NCBI GenBank assembly: GCA_964618805.1
Contig: CAZUBM010000031.1
Span: forward strand, 1-18,304
Reading direction: 5' to 3'
From: an uncultured Nitrososphaerota archaeon
GTDB lineage: Archaea > Korarchaeota > Korarchaeia > Korarchaeales > Korarchaeaceae
DNA length: 18,304 nt
The notes beneath the pieces were generated by a model. The model was given only the letters and a program-made list of their open reading frames with translations. It was not told the origin of the DNA and searched no databases. Shown piece by piece: positions 6,263 to 14,969 of the stretch (positions within the stretch are counted from its first letter, which is position 1; each line of letters starts with the position of its first letter). Both the position numbers and the translations under genes were made by a program.

Positions 6263-9001
6263 ATGTCAATGAGATATATGAAAAGGATTTCTGCAATTTT
6301 AATCCTCGGGCTATTCGCACTATCCGCCTTTGCCATAATGCCAGTCTCCGCACAACCAAAGAAAGGCCCAGCTGTGGACGAAGTTATCATTGAGGTAAGA
6401 GCTTCAGGAGAAGTGGGTGTCGGCGACGTTGCCACAGGCCTACTCGATGCTTACTGGAAGTCACTTTCTCCATCAGTTTACGCAGGACTGCCTGAGGAAT
6501 GGAAGAAGAATCTCAAGTTAATAAAGAACGCGGGCGGCTTTAATGGACTAATATTAAACCCAGTTCACGATGAGGACAGTCCATACCTCGTAACAGTTGG
6601 TGGAAAGCAGTACTTCAATCCCTTCGCTATTAAGCAAGTTAGATTTGCAATGAACTTCATCTTCAGCAGGAAATACGTTGTGGATGAGATCCTCCTCGGC
6701 GGAGGACAGGGAATGTATGGGATGCCTCAACCGTCCAATCCAAGAAACAGTTTGGTAGAGGACATATACGCTAAGGCCGGATTCTCTCCAGAAGGAGATT
6801 TTGAGTACGGCTTCAATTTGATACAAGATGCTCTTACCAAGGCTGCATCTGAGCTTGGAGGAAGGCTTGAAAAGAGGATCGATCCAAAGGCTCCTGCAGG
6901 CTTCTGGTGGTACTTCGACGGGGAACCAGTTACGATAACGTTCCTGATAAGGATAGAGGATGAGAGACATGAGATGGGCCTTTACATAGCTGATCAGATA
7001 GAGAAGTGCGGGATAAAGGTTGATAGAAGGGAGATAACATTTGCAGAAGGTATAAGGCTGACCTACTACACCGATCCAAAGGACTATGAGTGGAGCATTT
7101 ACACAGAAGGATGGTCGCTGGGTCAGGGAATTAATCCTCTCTACTACGCTGATTATGCAGTTATCTTCTATGCTCCCTTCATAGGGCTCATGCCAGGTTA
7201 TCAGGAGGAGGGATGGTGGCAATATACCAATGATACTCTTGATGATGTAGGCCTTAAGATATGGCTCAGGAAAGTTGAAACCATGGAGGAATTCCACAAG
7301 CTTGCACATGAAGTTGTGGAAATGGGAGTTCAAGAGTCAGTAAGGATTTACATAGTTGAGACTTGGGAGTACTTCCCGGTTAACAAGGAACGTGTGACCA
7401 GGGTTGCTTATGATCCTGCAAGAGGTCTTTGGTCTGAATGGCCCTTGTACACCGCAGATACCCCAGATCACAAGCTCAGGATTTCGGTAGAATCTGCTCA
7501 GCCTGCAATGTTCACCGAGGCCATGAATCCGATAGGCGGCTTTGGGGATGTATACACCGAGTACGGAGTGCGCGTAGCCATAACGGATGATGGAACAGAA
7601 TCAAGCCCAGTCACAGGAGAGCCTGAGCCTTACAGGGCAAACTGGACGATGGAGAAGAAGTATCACTATGAAGCAGGCGAAGTTGTAGGAGAAATCGACG
7701 TTCCTCCAGATGCAGTGATGTACGACACTATGGAGAACAAGTGGGTTGAGGTAGGAGAGGGCGTTAAGGCAGCTGTTAAGGCCACGTTTACCCTTACGTT
7801 CAGCAACTTCCACCACGGCATCATGGAGGACATGAATGACATAAGATACGCTATTGCCCACATGTTTGAGTGGGCAACGCTGGATGAGCCAGGCGACAGG
7901 AAGTATGATGCTAGATATGCTTCTGATCTTGCAGAAACTTTGCCTCTGATAAAGGGGTTCAGGTTCATCGAGCCTAACGTAGTTGAGGTCTACCATAACT
8001 TCATAGAGATTCAATCGGATGCAGTAACCGCTACATTCATCGTCCCATGGACGGCCTGGCCATGGGAGCTTTGGGAAGCAATGGATTGGATAATAGTTAA
8101 TAACGGAAGCGTTACTGGGAACCTCTATTCATGGAACAAGGTTGAGGGCAAGGAATGGCTTAACCTGATAACTGAGGATCATGTTAAGGATCTCATAGCT
8201 GCTCTTGAGGAAATGAGGAACAGAAGACACGTGCCAGATGCGCTTAAGGGATTCATAGATCCTGTAAGGGCTATAGCTAGGTACAACACTGCCATAAGAT
8301 GGGGTCGCGAGAAAGGACACATGCTTATATCAAATGGTCCATTCTACGTGGAGACGTACGATCCAATAAGGCCTTACATGTTGCTTAAGGCCTTCAGAGA
8401 CCCAACTTATCCGTTCACATCTGATTACTGGTACTACAAGTACAGGGTCGTAAGGGAGGTAATAGAGAAGATAGATGCTCCGGTCTCTGCAACCACCGGA
8501 AGCGACATAACGGTTAAGGCTAGCATCATTGAGGTAGTTGAATTCCCGGAGGCAGGAGAAGCTCCATCAGAGAAAGCTTACGTGACAATTTCTCTTGTAT
8601 CACCAGCAGGAGTCACTGTATTCAGCGAAGTAGCAAGCCTTATTGAGCCTGGAGTCTTCCAGGTAACGATACCTGGCAGTGAAACTGAGGGATTAGAAGA
8701 GGGATCATACACAATAAAGGTTACTGCAGCTACTCACGAACTAGCTCCATATGCTGAAGTAGCGACTCAAGAGATCGTTCTTACTGCTCCAGCTGTCACG
8801 CCAACTCCAACTCCAACGCCAAGCCCCACGCCAACCCCAAGTCCAACCCCAAGTCCAACCCCAAGTCCAACCCCAAGTCCAACCCCAAGTCCAACGCCAG
8901 CGCCAACTCCTGCACCAAAGACGAGGCTTTACATCATTGCAGGTGTAATCATAGTAATAATAGTAATTATCGCGGTCTATCTGCTCACAAAGAGGAAGTA
9001 G
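6263..9001 (+). CDS. ABC transporter substrate-binding protein, family 5 (DppA/OppA-like, archaeal type) with C-terminal membrane anchor
   Basis: Signal peptide ([25 protein letters not shown]), [43 protein letters not shown] and ISNGPFY motifs. These are followed by a beta-rich C-terminal domain, a Pro/Thr/Ser linker and a TM helix with a KRK tail. It is the first gene of a BCDF operon. The true start may be 6269 or 6278. Confidence 0.93.
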   Translation: MSMRYMKRISAILILGLFALSAFAIMPVSAQPKKGPAVDEVIIEVRASGEVGVGDVATGLLDAYWKSLSPSVYAGLPEEWKKNLKLIKNAGGFNGLILNPVHDEDSPYLVTVGGKQYFNPFAIKQVRFAMNFIFSRKYVVDEILLGGGQGMYGMPQPSNPRNSLVEDIYAKAGFSPEGDFEYGFNLIQDALTKAASELGGRLEKRIDPKAPAGFWWYFDGEPVTITFLIRIEDERHEMGLYIADQIEKCGIKVDRREITFAEGIRLTYYTDPKDYEWSIYTEGWSLGQGINPLYYADYAVIFYAPFIGLMPGYQEEGWWQYTNDTLDDVGLKIWLRKVETMEEFHKLAHEVVEMGVQESVRIYIVETWEYFPVNKERVTRVAYDPARGLWSEWPLYTADTPDHKLRISVESAQPAMFTEAMNPIGGFGDVYTEYGVRVAITDDGTESSPVTGEPEPYRANWTMEKKYHYEAGEVVGEIDVPPDAVMYDTMENKWVEVGEGVKAAVKATFTLTFSNFHHGIMEDMNDIRYAIAHMFEWATLDEPGDRKYDARYASDLAETLPLIKGFRFIEPNVVEVYHNFIEIQSDAVTATFIVPWTAWPWELWEAMDWIIVNNGSVTGNLYSWNKVEGKEWLNLITEDHVKDLIAALEEMRNRRHVPDALKGFIDPVRAIARYNTAIRWGREKGHMLISNGPFYVETYDPIRPYMLLKAFRDPTYPFTSDYWYYKYRVVREVIEKIDAPVSATTGSDITVKASIIEVVEFPEAGEAPSEKAYVTISLVSPAGVTVFSEVASLIEPGVFQVTIPGSETEGLEEGSYTIKVTAATHELAPYAEVATQEIVLTAPAVTPTPTPTPSPTPTPSPTPSPTPSPTPSPTPSPTPAPTPAPKTRLYIIAGVIIVIIVIIAVYLLTKRK
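8798..8917 (+). repeat. Coding tandem repeat for the Pro-Thr/Ser linker; five perfect copies of CCAACCCCAAGT at 8831-8890 inside degenerate flanking units
   Basis: Read directly from the sequence. It encodes [15 protein letters not shown](PTPS)[10 protein letters not shown]. Confidence 0.95.
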
Positions 9002-9010
9002 AATCTATTA

Positions 9011-9040
9011 CTCCTCCCCTCTTTATTTTTTAGTTTTTAT
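9011..9040 (+). terminator. Putative intra-operon oligo-T terminator/attenuator after the binding-protein gene
   Basis: Pyrimidine tract CTCCTCCCCTCTTTATTTTTTAGTTTTTAT between the stop at 9001 and the SD GGGTGA (9041-9046) of the next gene. Confidence 0.5.
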
Positions 9041-9052
9041 GGGTGAAGAAGT

Positions 9053-10126
9053 TTGAAGATAAGCAGCTACCTGGTTTTAAGGCTTGTAAATGCCCTATTA
9101 GTACTTACAATCGCTCTTTTAATCTCAGCTCTCGTGTTCAATAAGCTTGCGGATCAGCAAATGAGAAGCATGATAAGAGAAATAGTAAAAGGGGAACTAC
9201 AATCAAATCCAGAATTGTTAAGAAGTCTTCAGAAGAACTCGACAGCACTTAAGATATGGATGGAGGAGAGAACGAAATACTACATGAGCGTTTATGGCCT
9301 AGACAAGCCGCTTTGGTATAGGGTGTTTCACAGGGTAGTTCAACAGCTAAAATTTGATTTTGGCTCATCTTCGACAATGATATCTGCCAGTGGAAGTAGC
9401 AGGGTCAGCGATATAATATTGGAAGCACTTCCTAGAACCATTCTTCTGTTCACTACGGGTACTATATTCGTGATTATACTAGGTTTGTTGTTGGGAATGA
9501 AAGCCGCTCAGATGGCTGGCAGTACTCTAGATAAGAGCATCTCCATATTTGCATTGCTCTCTTACAGCTTGCCTATGTGGTGGACAGGAATGCTTTTCAT
9601 CATAATCTTCGCATATTATCTGAGGATAGTTCCATCAGGCGGGATGATGTCAGCACCTCCTCCAGAAGGTCTGTTAGCTAAGATAGGCGATGTACTTTAT
9701 CACTTAGCCCTTCCAGTTGCAACTTATGTGTTCGTTAGTTTTGGAGGATGGTCATACGTCACTAGAAATGTGGTTCTTAGCAACCTTCAAGAGGACTTCG
9801 TCATGGCAGCCAGGGCTAAGGGACTTCCTGAAAGGAAGGTTCTGTATGGCCATGTGTTAAGGGCCTCCGCCCCTCCGATAGTAACGATGATTATAGGAAG
9901 CTTGCTTGGATCCTTAGGCGGGGCCATGATCTCAGAAATAGTGTTTAATTGGCCAGGGATGGGAAGATTATACTGGAATGCACTTAATCAGTTCGACATC
10001 CCTGTTCTAATGGGGAACACCACCATAAGCATGATACTCTTCTTAGCATCATTGGTGTTGATGGACATCACATACATCATACTTGATCCGAGAGTTAGGG
10101 TTGGTGCTATGAGAGTACAGAGGTGA
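9053..10126 (+). CDS. dppB: ABC peptide/nickel-type transporter permease (DppB/OppB-like)
   Basis: YGLDKPL, LPRTILL, YHLALP, EAA loop EDFVMAARAKGLPERKVLYGHVLR, EIVFNWPGMG and C-terminal LDPRVR. TTG start after GGGTGA. Confidence 0.93.
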   Translation: MKISSYLVLRLVNALLVLTIALLISALVFNKLADQQMRSMIREIVKGELQSNPELLRSLQKNSTALKIWMEERTKYYMSVYGLDKPLWYRVFHRVVQQLKFDFGSSSTMISASGSSRVSDIILEALPRTILLFTTGTIFVIILGLLLGMKAAQMAGSTLDKSISIFALLSYSLPMWWTGMLFIIIFAYYLRIVPSGGMMSAPPPEGLLAKIGDVLYHLALPVATYVFVSFGGWSYVTRNVVLSNLQEDFVMAARAKGLPERKVLYGHVLRASAPPIVTMIIGSLLGSLGGAMISEIVFNWPGMGRLYWNALNQFDIPVLMGNTTISMILFLASLVLMDITYIILDPRVRVGAMRVQR

Positions 10127-10130
10127 TAGT

Positions 10131-11558
10131 ATGAGGCTGAAGGATCTCATAGAGAGCCTTAAGGACTTCTGGTTTGAGTACAGGAGACAGAAGATAGGAC
10201 TAGTTGGTTTAGCCCTTTTAATCTTCTTCTTAGGCATGGCGTTGCTTGCTCCTCTTGTAGCACCTGCAGAAGCTAGCAGAAGATGGGGAGATCTTCTATA
10301 CTGGAAGGATTATCCAAAGGCAGCCAAGCCTGGCTGGGTAAAATGGTTTTCTTCCAAGAAAATCCCTGAACACACGATACTGACTGATTATAACATGAGT
10401 AGAAGAGCGATAGGTGCTAAGCTCACAGAGCTTGAGTTTACTTTTGATTACCTCTTTGAGTACGATGAGCCACACACCGAGATAATATTGAAATACGATC
10501 AAAACCTATCAAAGGAAAGCGCTCCTCCAACGCTTATAGTTACTTTCCAGAGACCAGATGGGTATGTGCTCGAGTTGCTTAGCATTAAGGCTCATGAAAC
10601 TGGAGGCTCCGCAAGGCTCAGGATATCATCTGAGCAGTCCCTAATAAACTCGGTTAAGAGCTTTTCAAGGAAGTTCGAGTCGCAGGAACTCATGAACAAA
10701 CTTGGCAAGGAGTTCTTTAGCCCAATGATTCCTTTGTTCTCAAAAGCTCAGGAAGGAATGATATCACCCGAGCTGTCTGAGCCTCTCAGAGGTAAGTACA
10801 GAATAACCGTGACTTTCTATTTGAATAATCCAGAGGACGTTGTAGAGAATGTCACAGTCATACTAGGAGGGAAATTGTACGGCGTGCTGGGAACGGATGT
10901 TTACAGGAGAGATCTGTTCGTTGGAATAGTTTGGGGATCAAGGGTTTCCTTGGCAATAGGTATAATAACATCAGTACTTATGGTAGCTGCTGGGATATTT
11001 TATGGGGTTACGAGCGCTTATCTTGGAGGTTACAAGGACGAGATTATGCAGAGGATATATGAGATATTTTCCTCGATTCCAGTCCTTCCAATACTAATAA
11101 TGATAGGGGCCGTATACAGGTTAACCATATGGAAGACCATTGGAATTCTGATGCTATTCGGCTGGATGGGTGGCTCAAGGGTTGCAAGGAGCATGGCCTT
11201 CCAGATAAAGGAGATGGAATACGTTGATGCGGCCAGAGCCATGGGAGCAAGCAGCTGGTGGATTATAAGGAAGCACATTCTCCCTCAGATAATACCATAT
11301 GCCTTTGCCTCCATGGCCTTAAGTGTGCCAGGAAACGTCCTTCTGGAAGCCGGTCTTTCCTTCCTGGGCCTGGGTGATCTAACAAGGGTAACCTGGGGCA
11401 GGATACTACACGACGCTCAAGCAAACGCTGCAACCATAAACGGCCTATGGTGGTGGGTTCTTCCACCAGGACTTTCGATAGCTCTGCTTGGCTTGGGATT
11501 TGCCTTCATAGGATCTGCTTTAAATACCGTACTGTTCCCGAAGATGAGAAGAATATGA
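10131..11558 (+). CDS. dppC: ABC peptide/nickel-type transporter permease (DppC/OppC-like) with a large extracytoplasmic insertion
   Basis: LGTDVYRRDLF..IVWGSRVSL, EYVDAARAMGAS...IIRKHILP, EAGLSFLGLG, WG.ILH.A and WWWVLPPG motifs. About 200 aa of soluble sequence follows TM1. SD GAGGTGA overlaps the upstream stop. Confidence 0.93.
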   Translation: MRLKDLIESLKDFWFEYRRQKIGLVGLALLIFFLGMALLAPLVAPAEASRRWGDLLYWKDYPKAAKPGWVKWFSSKKIPEHTILTDYNMSRRAIGAKLTELEFTFDYLFEYDEPHTEIILKYDQNLSKESAPPTLIVTFQRPDGYVLELLSIKAHETGGSARLRISSEQSLINSVKSFSRKFESQELMNKLGKEFFSPMIPLFSKAQEGMISPELSEPLRGKYRITVTFYLNNPEDVVENVTVILGGKLYGVLGTDVYRRDLFVGIVWGSRVSLAIGIITSVLMVAAGIFYGVTSAYLGGYKDEIMQRIYEIFSSIPVLPILIMIGAVYRLTIWKTIGILMLFGWMGGSRVARSMAFQIKEMEYVDAARAMGASSWWIIRKHILPQIIPYAFASMALSVPGNVLLEAGLSFLGLGDLTRVTWGRILHDAQANAATINGLWWWVLPPGLSIALLGLGFAFIGSALNTVLFPKMRRI

Positions 11559-11582
11559 TATAGAGAAGGAAAGGGATCGAAT

Positions 11583-12548
11583 ATGCCTCCAGTTATGAAA
11601 GCTACAGATCTAAAAACCTATTATTTCATTTCCAGAGGAGCGGTAAAGGCTGTGGACAAAGTTTCTCTGGAACTAGAGCCAGGATATTGTCTAGGTCTGG
11701 CTGGAGAATCGGGGTGTGGAAAGAGCACTTTCGGCTTCTCCCTTCTTAACCTGGTTCCTCCTCCTGGAAGAATAGTTGACGGAAGCATCTTGATAGATGG
11801 CATAGAAATAGTTGGAATGAAGGAATCTGAGCTCAGAAAAAAGGTGAGATGGAAGAAGGTAAGCATGATATTTCAAGGAGCAATGAACGTCCTGAACCCA
11901 GTTTACAAAGTGGGTTATCAGATGGCTGAGCCCCTGCTCTATCATGAGGATATTTCCAAGAAAGAGGCAATGAAAATAGTTCATGAATATCTGGATCTGG
12001 TAGGGCTAACCCCAGCAGTAGCAGACATGTATCCTCACGAGCTAAGCGGGGGGATGAAGCAAAGAGTTGTGATAGCTACGGCCCTCTTGACCAAACCCAA
12101 GCTATTGATAGCGGATGAACCAACTACGGCCCTAGATGTTATAGTGCAAGCTCAGATCATAAATCTACTTAAGAGATTAAAGAAACAGCTTGACCTCTCC
12201 ATACTGATAATTTCCCACGATCTCAGCGTAATATCTGAAATAGCGGATCATCTTGCAATCATGTATGCTGGGAAGATAGTCGAATATGGGACCTCAGATA
12301 AAGTATACTTGGAGCCAAAGCACCCATACACTAGGGCCTTGCTAGGTGCTTTGCCAAGGCTAAGGGTTAAACAGGAGAGACTAGAATTTATCCCTGGAGC
12401 TCCTCCAGATCTATTGGCACCTCCTCCCGGCTGCAGGTTCCATCCAAGGTGTCGTTATCGTTTTGAGCCGTGTGATAAGGAGGAGCCAGAGTTAATTGAA
12501 GTGGAGCCAGGACAGTGGGTTGCTTGTCATCTGTTCTCAAGGAGGTGA
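11583..12548 (+). CDS. dppD: Peptide ABC transporter ATP-binding protein (DppD/OppD-like)
   Basis: Walker A GESGCGKS, YPHELSGGMKQR, ADEPTTALD, PKHPYT and C-terminal GCRFHPRC...C...VACH. Confidence 0.95.
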   Translation: MPPVMKATDLKTYYFISRGAVKAVDKVSLELEPGYCLGLAGESGCGKSTFGFSLLNLVPPPGRIVDGSILIDGIEIVGMKESELRKKVRWKKVSMIFQGAMNVLNPVYKVGYQMAEPLLYHEDISKKEAMKIVHEYLDLVGLTPAVADMYPHELSGGMKQRVVIATALLTKPKLLIADEPTTALDVIVQAQIINLLKRLKKQLDLSILIISHDLSVISEIADHLAIMYAGKIVEYGTSDKVYLEPKHPYTRALLGALPRLRVKQERLEFIPGAPPDLLAPPPGCRFHPRCRYRFEPCDKEEPELIEVEPGQWVACHLFSRR

Positions 12549-12553
12549 GTTTT

Positions 12554-13576
12554 ATGAGCGAAGCAGAACAAATCAGAAAGGTAGAAGGAGTCATTAGCGT
12601 TGAGAACTTGAAGAAGTACTTCCCGGTAAGAGGAGGTCTAAGAGAATTCATAAGAAGAAGCCTACCTAAATACGTCAAGGCCGTCGATGGTGTTACCTTC
12701 TCCGTAAAGGAAAAGGAGACCTTTGGCCTAGTAGGCGAGTCAGGATGTGGAAAGACCACCACTGGTAGGCTAATAGTAAAGCTGCTGTACCCAACGGAAG
12801 GAAGGATATATTTCAATGGAGCTGATGTGACATATCTGAGCCCAGAAGAGGAGAGGGAATACAGGAAGTTAGTGCAGATAATCTTCCAAGACCCATATTC
12901 ATCGCTCGATCCAAGGCTCAGGGTTTACGACGCCCTTGAGGAACCCCTAATCATCATGAAGCTTGGGGAGAAGGAGGAGAGGAGGGAAAAGATCTACAGG
13001 ATATTGGAAGATGTAAGGCTGGTTCCTCCCGAGGACTTCATGAGCAGATTTCCCCATCAGCTTAGCGGCGGCCAGAGACAAAGGGTTGCAATAGCGAGGG
13101 CCCTAATAGTAAATCCGATTTTCCTAGTGGCAGATGAACCAGTTTCCATGTTAGATCTTTCAATTAGAGCGGAAATCCTTGAGCTTATGAAGGAGCTCAA
13201 GGAAAGGTATGGGCTAACTTATCTTTACATAACTCATGATCTATCAACCGCTAGGTACTTCTGCGATAGGATAGCTGTGATGTACCTTGGTAAGATAGTG
13301 GAGCTGACCACAACAGATAAACTAATAGAGAACCCGTTGCATCCTTATACCAAGGCGCTGCTTATCGCAGTTCCAGAGCCAGATCCGTCTCAGAGGCACA
13401 TTACAAAGGAAATCCCAATAATTGGGGAGGTTCCAAGTGCTTTGAACATCCCATCGGGGTGCAGATTCCACACTAGGTGTCCTTACAAGTTCGATCTATG
13501 CGAGAGGGAGGAGCCAGAGTTAATTGAGGTGGAGCCAGGACATTATGTGGCATGTCATCTTCTATCAAAGAAGTGA
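12554..13576 (+). CDS. dppF: Peptide ABC transporter ATP-binding protein (DppF/OppF-like)
   Basis: GESGCGKT, IFQDPYSSLDPR, FPHQLSGGQRQR, ADEPVSMLD and GCRFHTRC...C...VACH. The start is moved from 12515 to the ATG at 12554, which follows a perfect SD GGAGGTGA (12541-12548). Confidence 0.95.
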   Translation: MSEAEQIRKVEGVISVENLKKYFPVRGGLREFIRRSLPKYVKAVDGVTFSVKEKETFGLVGESGCGKTTTGRLIVKLLYPTEGRIYFNGADVTYLSPEEEREYRKLVQIIFQDPYSSLDPRLRVYDALEEPLIIMKLGEKEERREKIYRILEDVRLVPPEDFMSRFPHQLSGGQRQRVAIARALIVNPIFLVADEPVSMLDLSIRAEILELMKELKERYGLTYLYITHDLSTARYFCDRIAVMYLGKIVELTTTDKLIENPLHPYTKALLIAVPEPDPSQRHITKEIPIIGEVPSALNIPSGCRFHTRCPYKFDLCEREEPELIEVEPGHYVACHLLSKK

Positions 13577-13640
13577 GCAGAGCACTGTTGTTAGTGTAAA
13601 TAAGCGCGCTCAAGCTGCTAAAAGGCCCTATTTCAGAAGA

Positions 13641-14156
13641 GTGCTGAGAAACAAGTCTCTTATGATAGGATTTTCCTTTCTAATAGTTGCTTTTCTCATA
13701 TCGCTGTTCACTGTAATACCTAGGACTCATCTCGTCCTTGGAGAAGAGATAATACCCAACACAAAGAGCACTACAGTGCGCTTAAACGCCTTAAGCAGCC
13801 TAGGAAAGAAATACGGGGGTCTTTGGGGAAACATGACTTTCATAAGCTCCTCAAGTTCTACAATAACTCTAAAACTAGAGCATGTAAACGGCACAGAATG
13901 TGAAAAAACCCTTTTTCTGTCCTCTCGTGTACCTGGAACAATTTCAATTCATGGATTGATACCGAAGGAGATGGATTTTGTTACTGAAGGAGGAATTCAT
14001 GCAAACTTAACATATAGTTATGTGCTGAAATATTACAGCTATCCAACATCTTCTTTTGGAATTCTGGCAGCAATAATATCTATTTTAGGGGCCATTTTTG
14101 GGTTTAGAGGGCTCTTCTATCATATCATGGGGATCGCTTCTGAGGAGACTAGCTGA
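13641..14156 (+). CDS. Hypothetical membrane protein (two TM helices around a ~110-aa external domain)
   Basis: Hydrophobic segments MIGFSFLIVAFLISLFTVI and FGILAAIISILGAIFGF. The beta-rich middle carries N-x-T sequons (NMT, NGT, NLT). The start is uncertain: GTG 13641 or ATG 13662, whereas the track start at 13524 overlaps dppF. Confidence 0.7.
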   Translation: MLRNKSLMIGFSFLIVAFLISLFTVIPRTHLVLGEEIIPNTKSTTVRLNALSSLGKKYGGLWGNMTFISSSSSTITLKLEHVNGTECEKTLFLSSRVPGTISIHGLIPKEMDFVTEGGIHANLTYSYVLKYYSYPTSSFGILAAIISILGAIFGFRGLFYHIMGIASEETS

Positions 14157-14561
14157 CTTACATAGCTTTATTTTGTTCTTATCATGTTTAAAGGGACAAA
14201 TCGAGAGAATTCAAAAACTATCTTTTCAAAGCACACCTATATAGGCTCTGATCTGGTTCCATAACTTTTCTCACAAATCTAAGCTCCAAGATATCGCTTT
14301 GCAAGAGCAGCACATCATGGCGAAATATAGACAACGAGTCGAAAGCTTAAAAGGGACAGATGGCTTTACGATAAAACAGCTGGAGAAATAGAGAAACTAG
14401 AAGAAAAGACAAGAGGCATTTCGACGAGTTTCTAATGGATCATAGAGAATTCTTGAATGAAGCAATTAATTCTGGTAATGATCGAACGACTACTCTGATA
14501 TTTTGAGGAAGTGTTTTTCAAATTTAATGGGAACTATTTCATCGCAATCGAGGTGTTGTAA

Positions 14562-14969
14562 TTGGAGTTCAAAGAAGATATGGAAACCACACTGGCCGGG
14601 CTTACCTCCCTTTTGGGCGTTAATGCGGTTCTCATCTCTGACAGAGAGGGCAGCAAAACCTATTCTTGGTACAGGACTGATCTCGACAAGAGAGACGTCC
14701 GAGTCGCTGGAGAAGAGCTATTGAGGATGTTACAAGTCTCTCAAGGCTTTGGAGTGAATTCTAACATTGGAGGACTGGCCAACATAATTGTTAGAGGTCC
14801 TAAGGGTGTAGCGATACTGGCTCCAGTGGGAGAGTCATTTATCCTATATGTCTCTGCCGACAAAAGGGCTAACCTGGCCTTGCTACTAGTAAGGATAAGA
14901 AGGGCAGTAGAGCGACTTCTGAGGATGTTGGGAGGAGGACCTGTTGGAGGAGTTAGCATCGGTCCTTGA
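14562..14969 (+). CDS. Roadblock/LC7 (MglB-like) domain protein
   Basis: The pattern L..L....GVNAVLISDREG...(long helix)...IGGLANIIVRGPKGVAILAPVGESFILYVSADKRANLALLLVRIRRAVERL matches the Roadblock/LC7 consensus. TTG start after SD GAGGTG (14550-14555). Confidence 0.88.
   Translation: MEFKEDMETTLAGLTSLLGVNAVLISDREGSKTYSWYRTDLDKRDVRVAGEELLRMLQVSQGFGVNSNIGGLANIIVRGPKGVAILAPVGESFILYVSADKRANLALLLVRIRRAVERLLRMLGGGPVGGVSIGP

Noticed and set aside
6554-8320. Antisense ORFs inside the binding-protein gene (259, 137, 100 and 63 aa)
   Set aside because: Shadow ORFs opposite a well-supported gene, with no recognisable motifs. The same applies to the other antisense or nested ORFs in mae, dppBCDF, tldD and pmbA.
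8831-8895. Tandem repeat considered as a CRISPR array
   Set aside because: The 12-bp units are contiguous with no spacers and lie in frame in a Pro/Thr/Ser linker. No cas genes are present.
12431-12530. Four-Cys C-terminal motifs in both peptide ABC ATPases as a novelty
   Set aside because: This is a known feature of DppD/OppD-type ATPases, where it binds an Fe-S cluster in characterised members.
12515-12553. N-terminal extension of dppF in the ORF track
   Set aside because: It overlaps dppD, and a perfect SD precedes the ATG at 12554.
14562-14969. Roadblock gene as proof of Asgard origin or of an MglAB module
   Set aside because: Roadblock/LC7 proteins are widespread in archaea and bacteria, and no GTPase gene is present in the window.
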